A stretch of DNA of 64,000 nucleotides from Octopus sinensis (Eukaryota). The stretch lies in contig NC_043005.1 in assembly GCF_006345805.1 (NCBI RefSeq), positions 11,532,001-11,596,000 on the forward strand, read 5' to 3'. The stretch's first letter is position 1, and each line of letters starts with the position of its first letter. The notes beneath the pieces are model-generated. The model searched no databases. It was given only the letters and a program-made list of their open reading frames with translations, and was not told the origin of the DNA. The position numbers and the translations under genes were made by a program. This document shows, in pieces, positions 51,485 to 64,000 of this stretch.

Positions 51485-52279
51485 CATATACGTATGAACG
51501 CATGCAAGTATACATACATACATGCACACACACACATATACATATATATTATAAACAAACTAACATATGTATACACACAAATATATATGCATACACACAC
51601 ACATATATATATGTATGTAAATACATACTCACACACACATATATATGCATGTAAGTACATACACACGCACATACACATACACACGCGCAGACACGTATAT
51701 ATCTATACAGAGGTAGACAGAGTGAGAGAGATAGAGGAGAGAGAGAAAGAAAGAGAGCGACAGAGACAAGAGGAACACATGCACACTCCCTCACGTGCCG
51801 TATACATGCAGATATAGGCACACACAAGAATATGCATATATGCACGCATCAGCCTGCACACGGCACCACCCGTCCAATGTAACACAAACTTACATAGATT
51901 ACAATTTCACTTTATTAAAATTTCCTTCAGTGAAACTAAGTTTCTACTCTTCTTTGTTTAAATCTTCATATTTTACTAAGAAGAAAAAAAAACATGCAGA
52001 ACGAGGGAAAAATGAAAGAATTAATGTCAAAATAAAATAGAAATAAATTTGCAAAAACAAAAAAATAAATAAAATTCTGCAAAAAAATATTGAACCACAA
52101 TCCATCATCGAATACGACAGTTCTTTACGTTCACTTATGGAAACCAGCCACACATTCATGTAAATACACATTCAAACACACACACACACATACTCGCGCA
52201 CACATCCACCCCTCTCACACGCACACGCACACGCACAATTATTTTACATATATTATACTATATAACTGTGCGTGTGTGT

Positions 52280-52701
52280 GTTAATATAATATATATAATA
52301 TAATATCTTTATAGTTATATAAAAACATATTAATATAATAATATATACTATATATTATAATAATATATAATATTATATAAAATATATAATATCTTTATGT
52401 TATTATATCTAATAAAAATTTAATTATATATATTAATATAATATATATAATATAATATCTTTTATTATATAAAATCTATAATATAAAATATATATATATT
52501 ATTAATTATATATATATATTGATATAAAATATAATATATATATATATATATAATATTACATTTATATAATTATATATACCCTATATGATAAATATATTAA
52601 TATATATATATATTATATTATATATATATAGCTATCTACATATTATTAATAATATATATATGTATTATATATATTATATTATAGTATATATATATATTAT
52701 A

Positions 52702-52742
<41 letters not shown>

Positions 52743-52848
52743 GTAATATATATATATTATATATATATATATATGTACATATATATATAGTATATATATA
52801 TGTATATATATAATATATATATATATATATGTACATATATATATATAA

Positions 52849-52885
<37 letters not shown>
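52280..52885. repeat. Degenerate (TA)n low-complexity tract
   Basis: Almost pure A/T. Confidence 0.9.
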
Positions 52886-52886
<1 letters not shown>

Positions 52887-53314
52887 TGATAGGAGAGAGA
52901 CATGCCCACATAGATACGTATGAATGTGGACACATATTGCGCATATCTTGATTAGATTCTTACAAATGGTAAAACGCTCGTCTTTTTCTTGTATTAGCTA
53001 TTGCTAAGAGTACGAACACCACCGCCGTACACCGTCACCAACACCACCACCACGAGCACAACCACGACCACCACCACAGAAAAATAAAAAAAAGATAACG
53101 ATTACGTAAATCAGTATAGACATACATATAAAAAGGTGAGAGAGGGGGGGTGGAGAAACAGACCGACGGACAGACGGACGGACAGATAGAATGACAGAGA
53201 GTGATATACGGTACACATACACGCCATCTTGCCGACGTACGCACGCAAACATTCACTGCTACTGCTGCACTGCCACTACTACTATTACTACTACAACCAC
53301 CAGTACCAGCACCA

Positions 53315-53351
<37 letters not shown>

Positions 53352-53364
53352 AACCACCACCACC

Positions 53365-53406
<42 letters not shown>

Positions 53407-53457
53407 GCTACTACTACTGCTACTACTACTACCACCACCACCATCACCACCACCACC

Positions 53458-53517
<60 letters not shown>

Positions 53518-53822
53518 GCTACTGTAGCGTGAAGGCAACACAGCTAGCTTTGTAAGAACAATTGTATTAATAAGTACATCCAATCTACTTCGCACGCTGA
53601 GATTTTTTCCTTTTCTTTTTTTTTTAAAAATCGGATAAGCAACAATTTCTATGTCTATGTGCGTGTGAGTATGAATATATATATATATATATATATATGT
53701 ATATGTATGTATGTATGTATGTATAAATATGTATATCTATTTATACATATATATATATATAATTTATATATATTTATACATACATACATAATATATTTTA
53801 TACATCTCTCTCTCTATCTCTA

Positions 53823-53858
<36 letters not shown>

Positions 53859-54075
53859 TGCATTTATATATGTATACGTTAACACATTGTCATTGAATGC
53901 ATAGTTATGCAAATTAAACTGATAAATTTAACTGAAAGCTGGTTTGCATCAGTTAAAAGTAACTACGAGCTGCTACTCTCTCCTAGGACATAAAAATACA
54001 CATTCTTTCTAGAGCAGCAACTGTCAACACTACGCAAGATTAAACAACCCAGATGATAGGCCATACATACATACA

Positions 54076-57000
54076 TTCTTTTACACTTTTTTCTGCGTTG
54101 CAGCCCGAAGGGTAATGCCATGCTGATGTAATGCCCTTATTATCACTTTTTCAATAGCCATTCTTTTGTGATTGACTTTTGATGAATGATGGAGTTCAAT
54201 ATTGCTTCTCTCTTGACGTTACTTGCCGTCATGCAGTTTCATCTAGGAATTTGGACAAGTGGAGGCCAAGTTATTTCTTTGCACAGCTATCCGAACTCCA
54301 TCTAGAATTCTCAGATGTTTTGACAAGATATTAAACAGCTGTGAGCCTTTAAATCCGAAGCTGTAGAGTTCTCACTCTACACGGTATGGGTTGGACCTTC
54401 GGAACAGCGAAGTGACGTTCAGTTCGGAGGGTTGGTATAATACTCGATGCCAAAGTTTCGTGCCAAGCTCCCTAGAATATACTCTAGAAGAGTATATCAC
54501 CACATATCTCTCTAGTCTTCACTCCAATAATTACAGTTGTAACTTCTACAGTCTCTTCCAGTAATTCAGCTATTCCACTGATGCAATCTTCCTGGTGTAG
54601 AAACTGCATCAAGTTTCGTTATTAATTTGACTCTGTTGTTTGGCCACACTTGAGAGCAGTGGTCTATTGCCACTACCTTGGTGATACGTAGATGAAATGA
54701 GGCGTTGTTGCTTATATCAATTCACAGATTAAGAACTGTATTTGACTCTAGGATTGCTAATCCTTTGCTCCAATTACGGTATGTTAGCGCAACCTGGCTG
54801 ATATCAGAGGGGTTAGAATTTTCGTGCATTAGATTGCATGTTGTGTTCTTCAGCCCATTTATATAGGTCTTTCCGTAGAAGATTAGCATCAAAAGGTTCC
54901 TTGACAGCTTGTACAACTTTTGAGTTGGCGGCATTGATTGTAAGTTGTGGCTGTCTTTGTAACTGATGGCATGTCTGAAAAAGCTGTCAAAAAGCAGTAG
55001 CCCCAAGACAGTCTCCTTAGATACATCACTCGCTATTACTGCCTCCTTAGAGAAGGCCCCATTGCCTTCCACAGCTTGACTTCTATCTTTTAAGAAGTCA
55101 TATAATCATTCTCCAAGTTTTCCGACTATGCCGAGTTTCCTTATTCAAAGGGCTTTGCAAAATCGAGATATATCACATCCGTGTTTGAGCGATTCATCAG
55201 TTGTTTCAACACCCAATCACAATGATACAGAAGCTATGTAAGGAAGCTTCTTCCTGAGCGGAGACCATGCTGGATGTCAAGGAGCAAATCATTATAGTCT
55301 AGGAACGTAAATAGCTTCCTTCTGAGAATGCGCTCCATGACTTTGCTGACATGTGAGGTTAAGGCTTATAATGTTTAGCATCCGTTCTGCTACTTCCTTT
55401 ATGAATAGAACATATCTCTTGTTTTAACGTTTTGAGAAGCTTCCCATTTGTTAAAAAGCTTTAGAAAAGGATCTGTAGTGGTTGTTAGATCCCCTTTGCA
55501 TTTCTTTACGCAGATTACTGGTAATCCATCAGGGTCTATGGCTAAGTTTAAGCTTATTTCATCAATGTCTGATATTAAACCAGTATCCTATAATCTATTC
55601 TGATCAATAATTGCCAGCTCTTTGTGTAGAGCTGTGGTGCCGAAGAACTCATCTGGCGGAACTATTTGCAAATGGCCCGATGGAGTTGTGAAAATACTTT
55701 TACATTGCAATGGTGTGGGGTGGAGGGCTGCAGTCACTGAGCAATTTTCTTCGAACAATGGCCCTTGTACTGTACTGAAGCAGACGTTTTGTAAGTCTAT
55801 ACAAGGCATTGGGGCTCGTCTTTACACTTTTTATAGCCCTTGTTTCTTTTTCCGTCCTTTTAATGGGATGCTTGAGTTCACTTTCAATCTTAAGCAATGT
55901 TTGATTGAGATAAGATTCTCCACTATCCTTTACTGGTTTATTTAAAATCCCTGGAAATTAAATTTTCCTATCGGTTTGAAATTCTCTCTGGAGCAAACTT
56001 ACTGCATATGCCGTGCATGTTAAAAAGTGATGTAGCTTTATGTTAACATCTTGCGTAGAAAGACAGGTAGACTAGTTTTGTTCAATACTTCATTCTAAAT
56101 ACCTTTCTAGTCAGCATTATGAATGTTCAGGCTGGAAAGGAGTTGGATGTTTCTCGTAGCTTGCATGTCTGCAGTTTTCTGTGGACTACTAAATTATGAA
56201 AAGTGTTTGGTGTCACCATAGCATTATACATGAGCGCCGTGTCGTTTGTGAAGTAGAGGTCCAGAACAGTTTTGCCCTTTGTTATGTGCAGTACTGTTTA
56301 CTCTATGAATACCATGTTTGTGAGGTCAAGTGGAGACTCTGCTTATGCAGTGGCATACCTGAGAGAAGGCAGCCCTCAGGTCATTTGACATTAAGGCAAT
56401 TGAAGTCTCCTAGAAGTATATAAAGTCTCTCATCTAGGTGTTTAATATTCTTTCCCTCTTTTTGAAGCTTTCTTCGAATGAGTGCTCTCGATTTAAAGCA
56501 CCTGGTGGGCGATGTATACTACATATTATCATTTTGATCTGTTTAATGTGTAATGTGTACTACAAAAGTATCACAAACTAAGTGTGAGTGTAACAGCAAA
56601 AGTACATCTTTCCGGACGTACATTGCAGATTCATTTCTCTCTCTCTCACTAGTGAGTTCGAAATACCACATATTTTGGTATGTATACTTCGGCTTCTGCC
56701 ACGTCAGCGGTCAAATGTTTCTTTTAGAGCCATGTATATTGCTTGATTACATGTAAGTCTCTCAAATATGGAATTTTGTGCTGGCGGGATCTTACAAGGC
56801 CCTTGGCATTCTGTAGGAATACTGGAGTATCGGTATTGACCACTGCTTTTATATTTGTAGAGGTGTCAGTGGTGGTCACCTTGGATCTTTTGATGGTTTT
56901 GGTGATCTTAAGTGCTGGTACATGTTTCTTTGACTTAACGTCTGATAAAACGAAGTCAGCTGCCTGATTATTCTCTGTGCCATTTCCAGAAAAGACGACT

Positions 57001-57270
57001 GTTCAACCGCTGATGTCTGCACTGCGGTTACATAGTTTCTTCTTAAGAGCTGTACGTGGACGGTCCACATATTTCCAAGGCATAGATCTTGTGGCTCGAT
57101 CTTTTGACCTTGTTGATCCTGATGGAAGTTTTGCCTCCTCGGGAACAGTTCACCCTGGCTTTAGGGTGAGCGAAACGGGTACCGTCACATGGGATTTGGG
57201 ATTAGAAAATCCACAGCCTGTCTCAATATCTCCGTGCCAGCAGGTACTATTAGCAAAGAACTTTTAGACT
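54076..57270 (-). mobile_element. Long decayed CR1-clade LINE (ORF1 remnant, AP endonuclease, RT)
   Basis: Minus strand carries NAKGL, ALKET..AEVYIPKYVVFR, ILLGDFN, QHGLRSGRS, DVIYLDFAK, SDVSKETVLGLLLF and GSQLFNIL, with many stops and frameshifts. Confidence 0.8.
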
Positions 57271-57792
57271 GTTTCTTTTTTCAAAACCTATGTTTTCACA
57301 AGTTCTACTTCTTTTTCTTTTTGAGTCCGCCTTGACCCCACAGTCGTGCAGGGTGGTGATATCTGCTTAGTTGTGTTCCTCTCTTACAACATAAAATGAC
57401 GTAGTGAGCAGCAAGATACGAGAGTGAAGTAGAGAGGTAGTCAGGAAAAACAGAAAGAGAAAGAGCGTGAGAGATAAATGTAAATGGAAATACAGAGACA
57501 GGGAGAGAACAATGTAGAGATGAAAGAAACAGATAAATCAATATAAACAGAAATGAAGAGATCGAGGGATCGATGTCATTAAAGAGAGATCAATGTAGAT
57601 ATAAATGAAGAGGTGTAAAAAGAGGTAGAGAGGGAAGACGAGGAAATAAGAAAGAGTGAGAAGGTTAGAGAAATAGATAAATGTAAATATAAATAGAGAT
57701 AAAGGCACAACTCAGAGACATTGATAGAAATTTAATCCAACGCCAGACGCGTGACAATAAGAATAAAAATTATTAGCACGTAATAAGGAAGG

Positions 57793-58020
57793 CAGCTGAC
57801 ATTGTTGTAGAGCTGAAAAAGAGGTAATTTCTACTCTTCTCCTCTGGAAGCCATCTACTCGCAATACCAGAGGGCGCACACTCTCCTACCCTGATGTAAT
57901 ATCCAGGGACACAGGCATCCAGCAACAGGACCTCCGTAATGCTATGATGGACAATGAAGTCTAGCGTAGCATGGTCAATTCCATTGTCTCGACCATGGTC
58001 GAACAATGATGATGATGATG
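57793..58020 (+). mobile_element. RTE-clade LINE 3' end with (TGA)n tail
   Basis: HCCRAEKEVISTLLLWKPSTRNTRGRTLSYPDVISRDTG followed by tgatgatgatg. Confidence 0.75.
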
Positions 58021-58199
58021 AAGGAAGGCAGAAAAAAGAAAAGAAACTTTATTTCTTTTATCTTGATATTGGCCAGATTAAAATAAAATAAAATTCTCCA
58101 ATCTCGGTGGACTTGCCCAGATTCAATGATCTAACCTACGTGATTTGTTATCGAAAAATATAAACAACTTTCAGGGTCCAGAACGTCTTATATTTGATA

Positions 58200-58595
58200 C
58201 TAGCAGTATCGCCCGGCGTTGCTCGGGTTTGTAAGGGAAATGACTATATAAGCATTTTTAGAGACGTAAAGTATAATAGCCATCTCAATATGGCTAACCA
58301 CAAAGATGGGATGTTACTGTAGATTTTTACGTTCTGAGATTTAATAATAAATTTTTAGAGCGTTACTTCCCTTATATATGCCAAAAATGCATTAAAAATG
58401 GGAAAAATTGATGGTAAATTATTTTTAAAATCGTAGACTCATCGTAGACGCGCACTAATACCCAGAAGGGCTCGATATGAATCACGACTATAAGATACCC
58501 GGTTTTGGTTAAACTGCACCGCAAAATGTGGGAGTAGTTAGGAATCTAAATCGTAGGAGACAGACAGCACACAACCTCTCTTTTATATATAAAGA
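58200..58595 (-). mobile_element. Non-autonomous Helitron, second copy
   Basis: Minus strand TC start and cccgagcaacgccgggcgatactgCTAG|T end; homologous to 6843-7174. Confidence 0.8.
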
Positions 58596-59103
58596 TATTT
58601 GCGCAGCAATGTACAAAATCGCATACAAACATTTGACTCATACAAGTTGAAAAAGTTACGACCATAATTTCTCAGATAAAAGTACATTCAAACGTAGATA
58701 TCAAGTTATATTTACACAACTACATGGTGAGACGACCTTGATCTTTTGACGTCGGAAAATTCCTTATAACTGCGTAACGGGTGATCGAATTAAAATATTT
58801 CTTAATTATGGTATATTGGTGGTAATATATTTCAACCAAAAACCACTTACATTTCAGCTCACTTCGATCTAATTGAAAATTCTTTCGGTCTTCCAGGGCT
58901 TTAACTTGACACGCTTCAACAAACCGGCGCCGTATTATATGTGTGTGTCTGTGTGGTGTGTGTGTGTGTGTATATATATATAATATCAATAAATATTCAT
59001 AATTTAAAAAATTTACTTGATAGGTACCTAACTTAGATGCACAAAAAACACAATACTGATTTAACAATACAGTAATGTGGGGTGATTATATATATATATA
59101 TAC

Positions 59104-59139
<36 letters not shown>

Positions 59140-59461
59140 GCTTATATATATATATATATATATACGTGTATCCTTTTACACATTTATTATATATGTATCT
59201 TTACATATATACATGTATGTGTCCATACATGCATACACATATGTATGCAAATATATGCATGTATATATGTATGTATACAGGTTTGGCAGGGTGAAGAGGA
59301 TAAATAGAACCCAAAACATGAGCATATATGTATTTTTTATTCAAATTGGCAAATGTAGCAGAGTGGTTTAGGGCGCGAGAATTTGGTGCGGTAGCACCTA
59401 CCAAAGTGCTAAAGTATGAAAATCTCGTTCCTTGAATCACACTGTTACTTTTGCCAAATAT

Positions 59462-59526
<65 letters not shown>

Positions 59527-59545
59527 TTATTATTATTATTATTAT

Positions 59546-59822
59546 TTCTGAGTGAGAGACCAGCACATGACTTCAAAATTACACTGTGGTAAAATATACG
59601 AAGCCCAGTACCATGACTACACGTCTGATAAGAGTACACCAAGCACATGCATCACAACCATATGTGTGCGACATAGTGATCTCATATCAAGATAAACAGC
59701 ACATGACTATGGAGGTGGGGTTCAGTTAGAATTTTCTTCAGGTCGAGTACCCCTTCTCGCTCAAACATTTGTTTAAGGATGTTGAACGAAATATCCATGT
59801 TTCCAAATGTGAATTATTCAAA
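59546..59822 (-). mobile_element. Repeat family D, 3' part
   Basis: Reverse complement of about 61040-61330; ends in (TAA)n/(TAG)n. Confidence 0.65.
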
Positions 59823-59825
59823 GTA

Positions 59826-60818
59826 TATCCAACAATAAATTCAGTAACTTAGGTCTGACATCGAATGTTCAAAAAAACCTTAAATTTGACCAGAATATCA
59901 AACCAACAAAAATCCGAAAATTAAAGAAAAAGTATATGAAAACCATACTTGACATCGATACTACCATAGAAACTATCAAGCAAAAGGTATCTGCTAAAGC
60001 TGCCCGCATAGCAAGGTATGAAAAGCGCCCTAGGTTCTACAGAGCGTCTCAACAAGCATGATAATGCAGCATAGTATATTCACTGGGTAATTGGCTAAGA
60101 CGTAGACCTGCTCCATGATAAAAATTGGTGGGAACACAAACCACCTCCAGTACTTAAAAATTATCACATCTCACTCTTTGGAACGTTACTGTTCAAACTA
60201 ACAGAAAGACAGATGCAAATAGGCCAAACAAAATATGGAATGATTTCAGACAAAAATCATGCCTCTCCATCGATATGACTGTCCCAATCGACATAAATTC
60301 CTCAGTCAAGACCTACCAAAAACTGAGCAAGTATAAAGACCTTGAAATAGAAATTGACAAAAGTTGGACTAAACGAATACCTGCTGTGATAGGTGCCCAA
60401 GGAATGATAGCAAAAGTGTCAGATTGCTACCTAGCTTACATAATAGTAAATCCCAAAATAGAAGAATTTTTTAAAAAATAGTACTCATGGGATCTTTCCC
60501 TATCCTACATGAAATATTGTCTGTGTGACGCCCAAAATATTTGAATCCATGAAGAGTGTTAAAATAGTTTTCAATGTATATAACAGTAAACACCTATTTA
60601 CTGTCATCTTAATATCAGACTATCATCTAATCAAATAACTTTTAAAACAAACTTCTAATTTATTTATGTTTTGACAGACATTCTCTAAAAACATATTCTG
60701 TGGAAAAACAAAAATATGGCACCCCAGTCATAACACCAACTTGAACTTCTAACTTGTTGTTTCTTGAGTCTCTGCATGAGACTTGGATTCAACTTGTACG
60801 CTTACAAAACAAAAGCAA
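59826..60818 (+). mobile_element. Dong/R4 derivative lacking the RT domain
   Basis: ETIKQKVSAKAARIARYEKR (pre-RT region) is joined at about 60043 to LNKHD..YIHWVI, DMTVP and KYKDLEIEI, then a 3' UTR homologous to 27000-27084. Confidence 0.7.
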
Positions 60819-60819
60819 G

Positions 60820-61350
60820 CACTGGCTCTCATGGCTTCTCTTCTTAACTGATTGGAAGTGTTATCATGTACATTGTTTTGTCTTGGTATATAAGATGGAC
60901 TACAGCAAATGTTCTGCTCCATATCACGCATTAACCAGTTGAGCATGTCCCTTAGTAGCTGATGATATGTGCATCGCTGATCATGAGCGGAAATAACGGG
61001 GATACATCATAGCCATGTGTTCAGAGGAATTCTCTGGGGTTTGAATACTTCACATCTGGAAACATGGGTGCTTTGTTCAACCTCTTTAAACAAACTTCAT
61101 TCAGGGAAATTTTGAGTGGGATAGGCCACTCAACACGAAGAAAATTCTGTGTCCCACCTGCAAAAGCATGCACTGTTTATCTTCATATGAGATCCCCATG
61201 TCGCGCACATATGGTTGTAATGCATGTGACTGATGCACCCTTATCAGACGGGTAGTCGTGATGGGTATATTATGCTTCATATATTTTACCCCAGTGTCAC
61301 TTTGATGGTATGCACTGCTCGCTCAATCAATAATAATCGTAATAATAATA
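60820..61350 (+). mobile_element. Repeat family D
   Basis: Homologous to 27190-27625; ends ctcaatcaataataat. Confidence 0.7.
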
Positions 61351-61406
61351 TATATCTATATATTCCTCTTTCTCTCTCTCACTCACTCACTCTCTCTCTC
61401 TCTCTA

Positions 61407-61472
<66 letters not shown>

Positions 61473-61601
61473 GATAAATAGGTAGATAAATAGAGTTAGA
61501 GTATATAGATAGATATGACCGGTTATATCAATGTTTTATTTATATACTCTACTGCTCTATAATTTAAAGTGTGCTTCTTTTTCGGATTTATGATTTACTG
61601 A

Positions 61602-61655
<54 letters not shown>

Positions 61656-62734
61656 TAACCATATATGTTTATGTATCTATCTATTGTTGTCAATATTCTC
61701 TTTGTAATTTGGATGTCTGAAATGATAGTATATTTGTAGAGAATTGAAAAGCGGTGCACCTCACTTCAGTCTATTTATCTTTTACTGGATATGTGTTTCA
61801 AGTATCGAATTTTCCCCACGCACTTTGTATGTTCACTGCAGTAATTTTTGTTATTACCTGAATGAAATTGTTGAAAAAGAATATTTGTCGCATAGATTCA
61901 ATTCTATTGACGAAAGTGTAAAATTTTATTTCGTGCATTAGCACCAAAAGCTAATTAGAAATAATTATGTGCCGAGAAAACAACATTACCCGCACGACTA
62001 ATATTTTAACAATGCTGGCAACTAAGACAGACAACAGTGAATATGTCTTGGCTTTATTAGAATTCTCCAGAGACGTGTAGACTTCAGTATATTTGCTGAA
62101 GTTTTGACAAGAGAATTGCTAAATAGATTCACAATATTGTACATGAATAGGCGTGAAATATTAACATATTTAAATACATAATTTAGTGAGAATATTTACA
62201 TAAAGAACACTTATAGTTTCTTAGGTACGGATGGCGAATGTATAAAAGTATAAATTTATAAGGTGTTGATCCAGCACATCTTTAATTGTACACCTGGAAT
62301 TGTCTGAATAAGCATGTTTTGGGAAATTAAAGAAAAGAAAAATACAAATATATTCTAATTATCACATCTAATGTTAAAGCAATGAAAAAATATACACCAG
62401 AAACACCACACCTTCTTTGAAATTTTTTATATTCTTTCACTTTTATGCAAACATATTTGTATACATACATAAACACAGACACATGTACACACACACGTGT
62501 GTGAATGCGTGTATTTTAGAAAACCGAGGAAATAATGGATGATAAGATGTTAGTTTAGTACTTGATGTGAAAGAGGTATATAGTGTTGTAATATTTCTGA
62601 TGTTAACCCTTCGTCTTAAAGGAAAAGAGAAAAAGCAACGAGTGAGTAGAATGTAAAAGTAAGTGAAATGTAAAAATTTAAAAGTAGAAATTACGAAATA
62701 AAAAGAATATTTGAAAATGACTCGAAGAGTAATA

Positions 62735-62960
62735 TTGTGAAGACAAGCGATCGAAACGGAGTTCATCTGAAGGGCCAGTAATGTAATGTTACTCGACAGG
62801 GTATATGAGCCTCTGCAGGTCGAGCTGCATAGTTGTGGTTCTATGGAGATGTGATTAGAATGACACGGGAAAGAATCGCAAGATGAATTCTACAAAATTA
62901 GCCAACTGGCAGGAAAGAAATAGGTGGATCAAGAATAAAGCACAGGGGACTGAGACTGGA
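62735..62960 (+). pseudogene. RTE-clade ORF C-terminal fragment
   Basis: QAIETEF..LLDRV..LQVE and YGDVIRMTRERIAR..PTGRK. Confidence 0.55.
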
Positions 62961-63015
62961 TAGAATTAGCATGGTATGGCCAGTAAAAAGAAAGATATAT
63001 TGTTTCATAAAAATG

Positions 63016-63417
63016 AAGGTGCTAAATTTTCCTTTGCGGTCTTTTGATCTTTTAAACTTATTTGGAAATTACTTCTTATCAATACTATTTTTTTGTTTAT
63101 ATCTCCATCGGTCTATTCACTTTTTAATAAATTTGCGCTACATTTTTGACATGAACTTTTATATACTTAAGGGCATTCATCCTCCTTAAAACTAAACAAC
63201 AATAGAAAAGTATAAAAAGAGGAAGTAAAATAGTTATAGAAAACTTTTAAAATATATATAACTTCAGAAAATGTATAAAAGTACATACCGAAAAAATATA
63301 GTATAAATTTATTAAAAAGGGAATAGACCGCTGGAGATATAAACCAAGAAATAGCATTGAAGGGAAATAATTTTCAAATAGGTTTAAGAGGTCTACAGAC
63401 CCAAAATAATGGACCTT
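63016..63417. mobile_element. Diverged fold-back (MITE-like)
   Basis: Arms at about 63016-63167 / 63272-63417. ORFs 62971 (+) and 63247 (-) mirror each other. Confidence 0.65.
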
Positions 63418-63805
63418 AATCTCAATCACATTTTCTATTCACACTTGAAAATCCTTTCTAGCCCAATGAATTGTTGTGAAACCAAAACAGTACTCGCACC
63501 TACAGTGAAGCACATGCACAGAAGAATTAACTGCACAACCGCAAGCACGCTCACACAACTGTATACTCAGATATTCATTAACTAACTTTAAGACCATACA
63601 AAGATAAATATTACCACACACAAACATATGTATAAATACATATAATTATAAACATATAGAGATATTTTAATAAATATAAAAACGGATACATACAAATGTA
63701 TGGGTACCACTAAATACATATATATATATATATATATTTATAAATTTATAAAATTATAATAACAAATAAATCTAATCAATCTAATAGATTGTATTCAAGA
63801 CAAAC

Positions 63806-63878
63806 CTCTGCTGAAGATTTATAGATGTTTATGTAAGTAAAATTGCATTTGCATTAGTAATGAAACAATTGTTCAGGG
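63806..63878 (+). ncRNA. Type I hammerhead motif
   Basis: ctctg CTGAAGA tttat...gtaat GAAAC aatt GTT caggg. Palindromic stem III ACAATTGT; outer helix aatagattg/caatctatt. Confidence 0.65.
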
Positions 63879-64000
63879 TCAATCTATTTATTCGTTATAT
63901 TTCATTTTCCTTCCGTTAAATGCAATGTTATTTCTAATTGGAAACTTCGTTTCTGTGGCTAAACTATCGGAGCTATTTTTAGCACCAGAGCTATCCACAT

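Noticed and set aside
59730-59745. CTGAAGA on the minus strand in family D
   Set aside because: No GAAAC or stems follow it, and it is not conserved in the other two D copies.

Overview
This is an AT-rich, repeat-dense animal window. The SINE set and the (TA)n/(CA)n/(ATC)n load point to an octopus-like cephalopod genome (inference). I cannot support an intact host gene, and most of the ORF track is microsatellite noise. Retroelements: several tRNA-type SINE families (some with target-site duplications, TSDs), a 5'-truncated Dong/R4-type LINE in (TAA)n plus two further pieces, a long decayed CR1-clade LINE and RTE fragments. DNA elements: mariner-derived MITEs and two non-autonomous Helitrons. 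Most notable are many Penelope-like element (PLE) remnants next to (TA)n tracts, often as fold-back inverted repeats carrying minimal hammerhead ribozyme motifs with palindromic stem III. The best novelty candidate is a two-copy repeat (28739-28801 + and 32293-32353 -). It has all three hammerhead strands in a non-canonical, pseudoknotted order, with a compensatory change between the copies. All calls were made by eye; no database searches or folding programs were run.
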